Assembly: GCA_029288865.1 (NCBI GenBank)
Contig: JARIGM010000017.1
Span: forward strand, 7,131-71,130
Direction of reading: 5' to 3'
Source of the DNA: Candidatus Kaiserbacteria bacterium
GTDB lineage: Bacteria; Patescibacteriota; Minisyncoccia; Phycocordibacterales; Phycocordibacteraceae
Length of the DNA: 64,000 bases
Shown here: positions 10,021 through 19,340 of the stretch, piece after piece
How positions within the stretch are numbered: the first letter of the stretch is position 1
How the letters are laid out: every line of letters starts with the position of its first letter
Notes under the pieces: generated by a model
Database searches by the model: none
Told to the model about the DNA's origin: nothing
Seen by the model: only the letters and a program-made list of their open reading frames with translations
Made by a program: the position numbers and the translations under genes

Positions 10021-11025
10021 ATGAGCACTCTACCAATCATCGGGCGTCAGATTCAGTTCGGCATAGCAAAGGAGGCAACGCGCGGCACCGCGGAGAGTTC
10101 CGCGAGCTTCTTTCTCCCGTTCTCCGACTTGTCTTACGACGATGCGGACGACAAGGCGCTCGATCAGGAAGCGCAGGGAGTAGTCGAGGACTCGATGGGG
10201 CAGACGATCGTCAAGCAATGGTCGGAAGGAAGCGTCAAAGGCCCCATCACCGACAAGGCGTTCATCCTGCTGCTCTACTCGATCCTCGGCTCGCTCTCTA
10301 CGGCTACCGATAGCGATGGGTCGGGCAACGTGAAAGACCACACGGTCAGCGTGGCGCAGACCACCCAGCCGCAGTCCCTTACGTTCTTCCTCAACGATCC
10401 GGCCGCTACAGGCGATGCGCAGGACTACGCGTTCGCGCTCGGCCAGATCGCCACGCTCGAGATCACCTACGAGCAGGGAAAGTTCATCGCGTACTCCGCA
10501 ACCTTGCGCGCGAAGAAAGGCGTACAGACGAATGTCACCCCCGCGACCAACTCGGAGAATCGCTTCGTCGACAAGCATGCGATCTTCAAGCTCGCGAGCA
10601 ATCTCTCGGGCCTCGGCGCAGCTTCCGCGATGAGCATCCGCTCATTCTCGATCAAATTCGACCGAATGATCGACGACGACATGGTGCTCGGTAATGCGGG
10701 CCTCAACGACCTCTTGTCCAAGGGCTTCGCCGTCACGGGACAGCTCGAGGCACGCTGGGATTCCGAGGCTTCCTTCAAGAGCTTCGCGCTTGCAGGAACC
10801 GCAAAGGCGCTCCGCATCGACCTCCAAAATACGGACGTCACGATCGGAACTTCGGCGCATCCGGGCCTCACGATCGACCTCGCCAAAGTTGTGTTCAGCG
10901 CGCCGACCCGACCTATCAAGCTCGGCGACATCGTCACGCAGCAGCTCAACTTCAAGGCCCACTACTCGACCGGCGACAGCAAGATGGTCACCGCCAAAGG
11001 AGTGAACCTGCAGGCGAGCTACTAA
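10021..11025 (+). CDS. Major tail tube protein
   Basis: 334 aa, beta-rich, GIAKEATRGT N-terminus; upstream of chaperone and TMP; no sheath gene. Confidence 0.8.
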   Translation: MSTLPIIGRQIQFGIAKEATRGTAESSASFFLPFSDLSYDDADDKALDQEAQGVVEDSMGQTIVKQWSEGSVKGPITDKAFILLLYSILGSLSTATDSDGSGNVKDHTVSVAQTTQPQSLTFFLNDPAATGDAQDYAFALGQIATLEITYEQGKFIAYSATLRAKKGVQTNVTPATNSENRFVDKHAIFKLASNLSGLGAASAMSIRSFSIKFDRMIDDDMVLGNAGLNDLLSKGFAVTGQLEARWDSEASFKSFALAGTAKALRIDLQNTDVTIGTSAHPGLTIDLAKVVFSAPTRPIKLGDIVTQQLNFKAHYSTGDSKMVTAKGVNLQASY

Positions 11026-11115
11026 TCGGGCTTCCGCGCTTCCCCTGATCCATCGGGGGAAGCAGCGGGAACCCGATTCCCGAGGTCGAGATTATCCACC
11101 CAAACCACTTCATTC

Positions 11116-11445
11116 ATGGAACGAGAAACAAAGACGATCACCACGCCAGCGGGCAAGGAGCTTGTCCTCAAGTCCTATCTCACGGCGAGAGAGCGCAACG
11201 CGTACCTCGAAGTGCTCGAAGCGAACGGCGTTAAAGCGGCGGAAGCCGGCAAAGACCCGACTTCCGGCTCGGTCGTCGGCGTGATTCGCACAGCGAAGAG
11301 CCTCTTCGATGCGGTGATCGTGTCGTATGACGGCAGCACCGAGAACATCACGAGCCGCCTCGAGGACGCGCGCTCCGACGAATACGACTTCGTGCTCAAG
11401 GAGGCATCACAGGTTGTCGTCGGAAATTTAGCGGAAGCGAAATAG
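11116..11445 (+). CDS. Tail assembly chaperone (gpG-like)
   Basis: Between tail tube and TMP; slippery heptamer near 3' end. Confidence 0.8.
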   Translation: MERETKTITTPAGKELVLKSYLTARERNAYLEVLEANGVKAAEAGKDPTSGSVVGVIRTAKSLFDAVIVSYDGSTENITSRLEDARSDEYDFVLKEASQVVVGNLAEAK

Positions 11446-11651
11446 CGTACCTCTGGCAACGCTATTTCGAGCTCGGGCGAATCGACAAGCCTGAGCAAGT
11501 CGCCGCCATCATCTGCCGGGAAATGGGCTGGACCTGGCACGAATACCAAAGCCAGCCCGCATGGTTCGTCGAAATGCTGTACGGGTTGCTCGCTGCTGAA
11601 TCAGAAAAGCAGGCGCGCGACATGAAGCATCTCAACGGATCGGGTCGATAA
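11424..11651 (+). CDS. -1 frameshift extension of tail chaperone (gpGT-like)
   Basis: A AAT TTA heptamer at 11424-11430 in correct phase; -1 frame open to TAA 11649-11651 encoding ...ICREMGWTWHEYQSQPAWFVEML... Confidence 0.8.
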   Translation, partial: KFSGSEIAYLWQRYFELGRIDKPEQVAAIICREMGWTWHEYQSQPAWFVEMLYGLLAAESEKQARDMKHLNGSGR

Positions 11652-11657
11652 CACCAC

Positions 11658-13685
11658 ATGGCTACCGCAACACTCGACATACTCGTCCAACTGCAAGACC
11701 AGGCGAGTTCGGCGCTCAAGGGCGTCAGCTCGAACCTTCAGAACATGCAGAAGAACCTCGAACCCGCAGCAGCGGCCTCTAAAGCCGTGGCTGTAGGACT
11801 CGCGGCGATAGGCGCCGCAGCGATCGGGTTCGGCACGGTGTCGGTGAAAGCGGCAGCGGAAGCGCAAACATCGATGGCGCTCTTCAACCAGACGCTCGCC
11901 AACACCAAAGGCGCGGGCGATACGGCGAAGCAGACGATCCTCGACGCGGCGGCGGCCGCGGTGAAGCTCGGCTTCGACGACGAGGATACCGCGCTGTCTA
12001 TCGCAAGGCTCTATCAGCACACGGGCGACCTCACGGAAGCCATGAAGTTGAACAGCATCGCGATGGACTTGGCGCGCGATAAGAACATCGACCTCTCGAC
12101 TGCCGGTAATCTCGTCGGCCTCGTGCTCGAGGGGAATGCACGCGCGCTCAAGCAGTACGGCATCAGCCTCAAGGATACGGCTTCGCCGCTCGAAGCTCTC
12201 GGGCAGCTCCAAGACCTCGTCGGGGGGAAGGCGCAGGCGTTTGCAAACACCTTCGACGGCCAGATGGATGTGCTCAAGGTCGATCTGCAAAACCTCGAGG
12301 AAGCAGTGGGAGAGCATCTGCTCCCGCTGCTTACGAAGTTCCTCGAGGAGGGCGTGAATCCTCTTGTCGTACATCTCGGGGAATGGTCGGAGAATCTGCA
12401 GAACCTCACGAGCTTCCTGCAAAAGCACCAAGCCATTCTCTTCGCCGTTGCCGGGGCAGTAGTCGGCGCGCTTATGCCCGCGTTCATAAGCCTCGCTATC
12501 ACGATGCTCACCGTCACCATACCGGCGTTCATCGCTGCGGCCATTGCGCTCGCTCCCTGGATCATCGGCGGCGCGCTCATCGGAGGAATAGTGGCGGGCA
12601 TCGTATGGCTCGTGCAGAACTGGGGCGAGGTGAAGACGAAAGTAGCCGAGTTCGCGACTGCAATAACGAAGGCATGGGAATCGGTGCGGCTCGGATTCGC
12701 AGCCGCAATTGACGCCATCGTAGGGAAACTGAACGACATCATCGCAGCTACCGAGAACTGGCTACAGCAGCATGAACTGGTAGCGGGCGCGATCGTAGGC
12801 GTTCTTAGCGGACTTCTTGCGGGAGCGTTCCTCTCGTTCGCGACATTCATAGGCACGACCGTAATCCCTGCGGTCATAGCGTTCGGCACAACGCTTCTGG
12901 CCGAGACTATCCCGTCAATCGTATCGTTCGGCATCACGCTCCTCACGGAGACCGTTCCGGCGATAGCGGGATTCGTCGCAAGCCTGATCGCAAGCGCGGG
13001 GCCGGCGATCCTTTCGTTCGCCGCGAGCGTCGCGGCCGATGCGGTCGCGGCCATCGTGTCCTTCGCCGTGACGATATGGACGACCGTAATCCCAGCTATC
13101 GCCGCGTTCACGGTCGCGCTCCTGGCGAACCCCGTCACCGCGCTTGTCGCGCTCGGTCTCGCCATCGGACTGCTCGTCGCGTATGTCGTCACCCATTGGG
13201 ATCAGATCGTCGCAGCTACTTCGGCAATGCTCGGCTCCATCTCCGCTGCGTGGACGGCAGCCTGGACAGGCATCAAGTCATTCTTCGAGGGAATCTGGTC
13301 GGCGATCGGCGCGAGCTTCAAGGCGGCGATAAACGGAATCATCGGCGGCATCAACGCGTTCATTCAGGCGTTCGACCGAATAAAGATTTCGGTTCCGAAA
13401 GTCCATGTGCCGTTCGTCGGAGATTTCGGCGGATTCTCGATCTCGGTGCCGCAGATTCCCGAGATTCCATTCCTCGCTAACGGCGGCATCGTCACGCAGC
13501 CAACCCTCGCGGTCGTGGGGGAAGCGGGGCCGGAAGCAATACTGCCGCTCAATCGGCTCGCGGGCACGGGCATCGGCGGCGGCGTCACGATCAACTTCCA
13601 CGGCGATGTCTATTCGACGAGGGAAGTAGCCATCGATTTCGCGAACCAGATCGCGAAAGTGCTCCGCTACAACCAGCGCATCTAG
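11658..13685 (+). CDS. Tape measure protein
   Basis: 675 aa Ala-rich with hydrophobic repeats; C-terminal LANGGIVTQPTLAVVGEAGPEAILPL. Confidence 0.92.
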   Translation: MATATLDILVQLQDQASSALKGVSSNLQNMQKNLEPAAAASKAVAVGLAAIGAAAIGFGTVSVKAAAEAQTSMALFNQTLANTKGAGDTAKQTILDAAAAAVKLGFDDEDTALSIARLYQHTGDLTEAMKLNSIAMDLARDKNIDLSTAGNLVGLVLEGNARALKQYGISLKDTASPLEALGQLQDLVGGKAQAFANTFDGQMDVLKVDLQNLEEAVGEHLLPLLTKFLEEGVNPLVVHLGEWSENLQNLTSFLQKHQAILFAVAGAVVGALMPAFISLAITMLTVTIPAFIAAAIALAPWIIGGALIGGIVAGIVWLVQNWGEVKTKVAEFATAITKAWESVRLGFAAAIDAIVGKLNDIIAATENWLQQHELVAGAIVGVLSGLLAGAFLSFATFIGTTVIPAVIAFGTTLLAETIPSIVSFGITLLTETVPAIAGFVASLIASAGPAILSFAASVAADAVAAIVSFAVTIWTTVIPAIAAFTVALLANPVTALVALGLAIGLLVAYVVTHWDQIVAATSAMLGSISAAWTAAWTGIKSFFEGIWSAIGASFKAAINGIIGGINAFIQAFDRIKISVPKVHVPFVGDFGGFSISVPQIPEIPFLANGGIVTQPTLAVVGEAGPEAILPLNRLAGTGIGGGVTINFHGDVYSTREVAIDFANQIAKVLRYNQRI

Positions 13686-13687
13686 TT

Positions 13688-15088
13688 ATGCTGACTCTCA
13701 AAATAAACGGCACAGATAGGGGAACGAGCATCGACTGGACGACCCTCACCTACACGGAAGTGCTTACCAAGGAGGTCGACACGCTCTCGTTCTCCGTGAA
13801 GAAGAGCGGATCGAAGTACGTACCAACGCTCGGCGAGCAGGTCGAACTCTGGCAGGACAGCATCAAGCTCTTCGGCGGTGTAGTGGTCGAAAAGGACGAG
13901 AAGATGCTCGGCGGCATCCTCATCGGCTACAACATCACCTGCAAGGACTGGAGCTATTACCTCGATGGGAAGCTCGTCGCGAAGAATTACGCAAACCAGA
14001 CCGCCGACGAGATATTCCTCGACATCATCTCGACCTATACCTCGGGCTTCACGGTCGTGAACGTGAAAGCGAACGCGCCGCTCGTCACATCGATCCAGTT
14101 CAACTACGAGCAGGTCACGCAATCACTCATAAAGCTCGCGCAGCTCGTCGGCTGGGACTGGTATGTCGATCCCTCGATGGACTTGCACTTCTTCGACCAG
14201 GAAACCTACACGGCGCCGTTCCAACTCGACGATACGAGCGGCGCGTTCGAGTGGGGATCGCTCGAGATCAACCAGTCGGTCGTCGACCTGCGCAACTCGA
14301 TATTCGTCCGCGGCGGCAACTACAAGAAGACAATCGCCGAAGGAAGCGCTCTCGATGTCTATAAGGCTAACGGCACGGACGGCGTATTCCCGCTCGCGTA
14401 CCAGTACGACAACGTGCAGGTGAAACTCGACGGCGTAGCGCAGACGGTCGGCATCGACAACATCGATAGCCCGGGCAGCGTGCAGGTGCTCTACAACTTC
14501 AACCAGAAGTTCGTGCGATTCACGACAACGCCAACCAGCGGGCAGATCGTGAAAGTGTACGGCGATGCCTATATCCCGATCATCGCGCAAGTCCGCGACC
14601 AGACCTCGATTGCGACCTACGGCGAATTCCAGGAAGTGATTATCGACAAGTCGATCTCATCCGTAGCCGAAGCACAAAGTCGCGCGGCTTCGGAACTATC
14701 GCTCTACTCACAGAACACCTACGAGGCGAACTTCAAGACCACGCAGACAGGTCTCAAGAGCGGGCAGATGATAACGCTCAACTCGACGATCAGGGACATG
14801 CACCGGCAGTTCAAGATCAACCGCATCACGGGCAAGGCGCGCGGGAGCGACCACATGGAGTATTCCGCGCAAATGATCTCTTCCGGCGAAATTACCTTCG
14901 TCGACATCATGCTCGCCCTGATCGGCAAGACAGGCGGCGACCCGGTCATAGCAAGCGGCGAAGTGCTCGAGCGCCTCGAAGTGTTCCCGGAAGCGGTCGG
15001 CGTAGCAGACGCGGTCGGAACCCCGACCGCAACGACCGGGCCGTACCTATGGGGATCATTCAACTGGGGCTTCGCAACTTGGTCATAA
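13688..15088 (+). CDS. Tail tip/baseplate hub protein
   Basis: 466 aa beta-rich directly after TMP. Confidence 0.65.
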   Translation: MLTLKINGTDRGTSIDWTTLTYTEVLTKEVDTLSFSVKKSGSKYVPTLGEQVELWQDSIKLFGGVVVEKDEKMLGGILIGYNITCKDWSYYLDGKLVAKNYANQTADEIFLDIISTYTSGFTVVNVKANAPLVTSIQFNYEQVTQSLIKLAQLVGWDWYVDPSMDLHFFDQETYTAPFQLDDTSGAFEWGSLEINQSVVDLRNSIFVRGGNYKKTIAEGSALDVYKANGTDGVFPLAYQYDNVQVKLDGVAQTVGIDNIDSPGSVQVLYNFNQKFVRFTTTPTSGQIVKVYGDAYIPIIAQVRDQTSIATYGEFQEVIIDKSISSVAEAQSRAASELSLYSQNTYEANFKTTQTGLKSGQMITLNSTIRDMHRQFKINRITGKARGSDHMEYSAQMISSGEITFVDIMLALIGKTGGDPVIASGEVLERLEVFPEAVGVADAVGTPTATTGPYLWGSFNWGFATWS

Positions 15089-15090
15089 AT

Positions 15091-15576
15091 ATGAACGCAA
15101 TCAAAGAACAAAACGGAATACGCGGGCGCATACGCATCGTCACTACGGACGCGAAGACTGGGAAAGTCCTTCGCGCATCACCCTGGTCGAGCAACTTGGT
15201 CATGTCCGGCACCAATACCGGGAAAGACCTCATCCTCGACCGGCTGAACGGCGACGACACCTATTCGCTCAACATCACGCATGCCGACATCGGCACCGGC
15301 ACAGCCTCGCCCGCGACCAGCGATACCGCGCTGCAGGCGGCGGTGGCTCGCGCTGCGAAAGTCACGGGAAGCGTGTTCGGAAATGTGCTGTCGATGCAGT
15401 TCTTCTTCTCGGATGCAGCACTCGCGAACGGCACCTATCACGAGTTCGGTTCGTTCGTGGACGGAAGTTCGGGCACCGGCACGGGGCAGATATTCAACCG
15501 CGCTCTCTTCGGCTCGGCGTACACAAAAGCGTCCGGCGAAGACACCACGATCGAACTCGACATCACCATCACCTAG
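15091..15576 (+). CDS. Minor tail/baseplate protein
   Basis: IGTGT...SDTAL...ANGTYHEFG...FNRA...K pattern resembling phage fibre-attachment proteins. Confidence 0.55.
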   Translation: MNAIKEQNGIRGRIRIVTTDAKTGKVLRASPWSSNLVMSGTNTGKDLILDRLNGDDTYSLNITHADIGTGTASPATSDTALQAAVARAAKVTGSVFGNVLSMQFFFSDAALANGTYHEFGSFVDGSSGTGTGQIFNRALFGSAYTKASGEDTTIELDITIT

Positions 15577-15578
15577 CT

Positions 15579-16607
15579 ATGGCTATCGTTAACGGACAAC
15601 CAGCAGACGCTTCCGATTTCGTCTCGACTCCATCGGGGCCGAGCGATAGCGGCAAGGTGCCGATGCTCGACGCGAACGGGCAGATTCCCGGCGGCTTCCT
15701 GCCGGCCGTGTTCGGCGATGGCTCCGATGGCGACATAGTCCTCGACGGCTCCGCGAGCTTCGGGATGATGAGCGGCCCGAGCTCGAACGTGTACGTGCTC
15801 ACGCGCGAACTCTACGCCAACAACCTCACGATCAATAGCGGCGTCACACTCAAGCCTGACGGCTACCGCATCTTCGTAAAGAACACGATCAACGGAGCGG
15901 GAATCATCGACGCATCGGGAAATCCGGGAGGCAACGGATCGGGAGGCACTGGCGGGGGCGGCGCATCCGCTGTCGGATCGGGGCCATTCAAAAGCGCGCC
16001 AGGGAAAACCGGCGGGAACTCGGCGACCAACTTCGGCACAGGAGGCCAGAGCGGGACAACGGGGAATATCGGCAATCCGGGGGCAAAGGGAGGAGATTCG
16101 GCCAATAACGGGGGCGGTTCGGCTGGGCCTGTAGCCTCCAAAACCGCTCCACATCGCGAGAAATGGGCCGCCTTCTTGTTCCGGGATTTCGATCTCACTC
16201 AGCGCGTCCCGGCAGGCTCCGGCTCGGGGGCTTCAGGATGCCGTCCTTTCTTCTCAGGTGGGTCCGGCATCACAGGGGGCGGCGGAGGCGGTTCAGGTTC
16301 GTCTGGCGGCATCATCTGGATCGCCGCGCGCATCTGGGCGGGTACCTTCACCATCCAGGCACCCGGAGGTCAGGGAGGCAATGCGGGCAACTCGTCAGGA
16401 TCGAACATGGTCGGCGGAAACGGCGGCGGAGGCGGCACGGGCGGCATCTCGTTCTTCATCTACTTCAAGAAAACCTGGACGGGTACCTACAGTCTCGCGG
16501 GCGGCACTGGCGGCGCGCCTGGTACAGGTGCGGCCGGAACCGGGAACAGCGGAGACAACGGGAATACCGGCACCTATTACGAGATCGATTACGGCTCGCT
16601 CCTCTAA
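15579..16607 (+). CDS. Glycine-rich tail fibre/receptor-binding protein
   Basis: FGDGSDG motif, extensive GGxGG repeats; position in tail tip module. Confidence 0.65.
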   Translation: MAIVNGQPADASDFVSTPSGPSDSGKVPMLDANGQIPGGFLPAVFGDGSDGDIVLDGSASFGMMSGPSSNVYVLTRELYANNLTINSGVTLKPDGYRIFVKNTINGAGIIDASGNPGGNGSGGTGGGGASAVGSGPFKSAPGKTGGNSATNFGTGGQSGTTGNIGNPGAKGGDSANNGGGSAGPVASKTAPHREKWAAFLFRDFDLTQRVPAGSGSGASGCRPFFSGGSGITGGGGGGSGSSGGIIWIAARIWAGTFTIQAPGGQGGNAGNSSGSNMVGGNGGGGGTGGISFFIYFKKTWTGTYSLAGGTGGAPGTGAAGTGNSGDNGNTGTYYEIDYGSLL

Positions 16608-16610
16608 CTT

Positions 16611-17111
16611 ATGGCGATCGCAAACGGACAACCTGCTGATGCTTCCGACATCTCGGAGATCGTGCCTGCGGGCACGGTACTTCCGTATGCCGGCGCATCG
16701 GCTCCGACCGGCTACCTCATGTGCGATGGAAGCGCGGTCTCGAGGACGACCTATGCGGCCCTCTTCGCGGCGATCGGCACCGCGTTCGGCGCGGGGAACG
16801 GCACGACTACATTCAACGTTCCCGATCTCCGCGGCCGAGTCCCAGTCGGAAAGAATGCGGGAACGTTCTCGACACTCGGCGCGACTGGCGGCGAAGAAAC
16901 GCATCAGCTTACCGCAACAGAAATGCCGAGCCACAGCCATAACATCCGTCTCAATACGGGTACGGGTTCTGGTACGGCACCAGCGCAGCACGGGTCGAAC
17001 GGATCGACTCTCAACTTCAGCAGCGACAGCGTTGGATCGGATGGCGCACATAACAACCTCCAGCCGTACCAAGTGCTGAACTACATCATTCGCTATCTCA
17101 TCTATTCCTAA
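16611..17111 (+). CDS. Tail collar domain protein
   Basis: PAGTVLPYAG...PTGYLMCDGSAVSRTTYAALFAAIGT...FNVPDLRGR; HNNLQPY. Confidence 0.9.
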   Translation: MAIANGQPADASDISEIVPAGTVLPYAGASAPTGYLMCDGSAVSRTTYAALFAAIGTAFGAGNGTTTFNVPDLRGRVPVGKNAGTFSTLGATGGEETHQLTATEMPSHSHNIRLNTGTGSGTAPAQHGSNGSTLNFSSDSVGSDGAHNNLQPYQVLNYIIRYLIYS

Positions 17112-17115
17112 ACCT

Positions 17116-17382
17116 ATGACTGACTCCCTTATCAGCGTGCTCCCGAACCTCGGCGTAGGCGTTGCCGCGGTTATCGTCCTCTACCTCTGTTTCAAGATCG
17201 CCATCGAAGCGCTCAACGAGCGCGACGAGGCTTTCAGAAACTTCGTCGAGGCGAACAACCACCGCTCCGTCGAAGTCATGACGGAGTGCAGGGACGTCAT
17301 CCATCAGGCGGCGGAGAACATCAAGTCGAGCACCGAGATTCAAAGGCAGGTGGTCGAGCATCTTATCAGAGAAACAAAATAA
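17116..17382 (+). CDS. Putative holin/membrane protein
   Basis: N-terminal TM helix plus helical tail; immediately before the lysin. Confidence 0.5.
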   Translation: MTDSLISVLPNLGVGVAAVIVLYLCFKIAIEALNERDEAFRNFVEANNHRSVEVMTECRDVIHQAAENIKSSTEIQRQVVEHLIRETK

Positions 17383-17384
17383 TT

Positions 17385-18440
17385 ATGGACAACCAAGAAA
17401 TAAATACAGGAGCAATAATCTCTCCGATCGACTACCGCGACGAGTACGCGGCCGCGGCTTCAGTGGCGACTATCGCTCAAGTCGAACTGCCGGCAGCGTA
17501 CAGGACGCAACTCGCAGCACCGATGATGCAGGCGCTCGAACCGGCGTGCGTATCGCACAGCGTTGCGGACAACCTGAAGCTCTACTGGTTCAGGAAGACG
17601 GGGAAGTGGATCGACTTCTCTCCGCGATTCCTCGACATCCTCGCGAAGCGGTTCGACGGGCAAGACCGGGCAACGGGCGGCACATACCCGCGACTCGTAT
17701 TCAAGCTCGCAGTCCAGTACGGCTGCGCAACGACCGCGACCTTGCCGAACGACACTTCGCTTTCCGTACTCGAGTATCGCGACGACAAGAAGCTCACGGC
17801 TGCGGTGTTCGCGGAGGCGGCGAAATACAAGATACCCGGTTATGTCAGCGTGCCGCTCGACTTCCAAAGCACAAGGCAGGCGATCTACCTCTACGGAGCG
17901 ATCTCTTCGCTGTTCCAGATCGGAAGCGAGTTCTGGCTGCCGTCATGGGCCGACAAGGACATCGATCCACTGCGGCCGCCGAAGCAGATCGTATCGGGTC
18001 ACCAGCTCACCCCGTACGGCTGGGACGATGCGACCTATAACCGGCTTCAGAACGAGTGGAGTTCCGCATGGGCGGACGGCGGCCGGGCGAAGTACAGCCC
18101 GAAGGCATGGGCGCCGTACCTCATCGAGCAGTGGGCGATCGCGGAGATCCCGCCGGACGTGCAGGGCTTCCTCAAAGCGCTGCCTTCGCCGTCCGACTTC
18201 CATTACTCGTGGGGCGAAGATCTCGCGCTGGGAGATCAGAACGACGATGTGAAATTCGCGCAGATAGCATTCATGATTCTCGGCTTCCTGGCTCCTATTC
18301 CTGCCGATGAACTCGGCATCTTCGGCCCGAAGACAGCGACGGCAAACTCGAAGTACCAGCAGGCGCACCGCATCGCGCCGTCCCCGAATCACATCGGGCC
18401 GCAGACGCGCGGTGCGCTCAACAAGCAGTTCGCCGTGTAG
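17385..18440 (+). CDS. Putative endolysin: papain-like (C1) cysteine peptidase plus C-terminal peptidoglycan-binding domain
   Basis: Q...PACV (Cys), SGHQ (His), LQNEW (Asn); C-terminal DVKFAQ...GIFGPKT...GPQTRGALN resembling PG_binding_1. Confidence 0.7.
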   Translation: MDNQEINTGAIISPIDYRDEYAAAASVATIAQVELPAAYRTQLAAPMMQALEPACVSHSVADNLKLYWFRKTGKWIDFSPRFLDILAKRFDGQDRATGGTYPRLVFKLAVQYGCATTATLPNDTSLSVLEYRDDKKLTAAVFAEAAKYKIPGYVSVPLDFQSTRQAIYLYGAISSLFQIGSEFWLPSWADKDIDPLRPPKQIVSGHQLTPYGWDDATYNRLQNEWSSAWADGGRAKYSPKAWAPYLIEQWAIAEIPPDVQGFLKALPSPSDFHYSWGEDLALGDQNDDVKFAQIAFMILGFLAPIPADELGIFGPKTATANSKYQQAHRIAPSPNHIGPQTRGALNKQFAV

Positions 18441-18471
18441 TGAGAATTAACCAAACCAATCACCTCAATAT

Positions 18472-18687
18472 ATGAATCCGACACTCAAGCGTTATCTCAT
18501 CAGCTCGACCACCACGTTCGTCACCGTTTTCTTTATCTCTCTCGGAGCGCAACTCGCTGTCGCGCACATCACGCCGGAGACGCTGGGATGGGGAGTAGTG
18601 CTTTCCATCGTCATGACGGCGGGGCGAGCGGCGGTCAAGGCTGCCGTTGAGTCCTTCGTCGCGCTCTTTGACGGCAAGGCTGAATAG
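18472..18687 (+). CDS. Putative holin (two TM helices)
   Basis: 71 aa, two hydrophobic segments, adjacent to lysin. Confidence 0.6.
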   Translation: MNPTLKRYLISSTTTFVTVFFISLGAQLAVAHITPETLGWGVVLSIVMTAGRAAVKAAVESFVALFDGKAE

Positions 18688-18705
18688 GGTCTAATATCTT
18701 AAAAT

Positions 18706-19104
18706 ATGCAGAAGGACTTCGAGGGATGGAGTAAGCAAAAGCAGGCGATCAATGCCCGCCCTGAAGCGCCGTACTATCACGAGCGCGAGGTGTGGTGGTG
18801 CTCTCTCGGCGTCAACGTTGGTTTCGAGCAGGATGGTACCGGCAAGAATTACGACCGGCCTGTCCTCATCATCCGTGGCTTCAACGCGCATACCTTCTTC
18901 GGAGTGGCGCTCACCGGCAGGAAGAGGGTAAGCAAGTATCATTTGCCGATCGGCGAAGTCGAGGGACGAGAAGCGTCCGTGATTCTATCGCAGGCTCGCA
19001 TCATCGACACGAAGCGCCTGATCCGCAAAGCGGGGACGCTCGACGAGGAGAAGTTCGAGGAAGTAAAAGAGGCTCTCAAGGCAACACTCTTCGGGCCAAA
19101 GTAG
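18706..19104 (+). CDS. PemK/MazF-family toxin
   Basis: EVWWCSLGVNVGFEQDG...RPVLII...LSQARIIDTKRL. Confidence 0.85.
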   Translation: MQKDFEGWSKQKQAINARPEAPYYHEREVWWCSLGVNVGFEQDGTGKNYDRPVLIIRGFNAHTFFGVALTGRKRVSKYHLPIGEVEGREASVILSQARIIDTKRLIRKAGTLDEEKFEEVKEALKATLFGPK

Positions 19105-19340
19105 GGTCCCTATAAAATGTTTTGCCCCCGCTTGCGCGGGGGCGAGGCCGAAGCCATTTGTAGGGTTAATATAGCCGATTCAAGATGAAAAGTCAATGAG
19201 GCCAGGGGGTGTGTGGATAAGGGGCGGGAGGGGGCTGCCAAAGCGCCATAAGCACGGCTTAATGGGATGGGAAAGTTATCCGACGCGAATCGCTTGCAAG
19301 GGGGCGACGCGGGAAACCTTTCCTGATACAATATTCCTAT

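Noticed and set aside
12014-13192. 392-aa minus-strand ORF in TMP
   Set aside because: Antisense shadow of Ala/Ile/Val-rich codons
16258-17079. 273-aa and 225-aa alternative ORFs across tail fibre genes
   Set aside because: Arg/Ser-rich off-frame translations overlapping well-supported genes
15579-17111. Second VR in tail fibre genes
   Set aside because: No similarity to TR seen by eye at the 3' ends of tail genes; a BLAST would be needed to exclude weak matches
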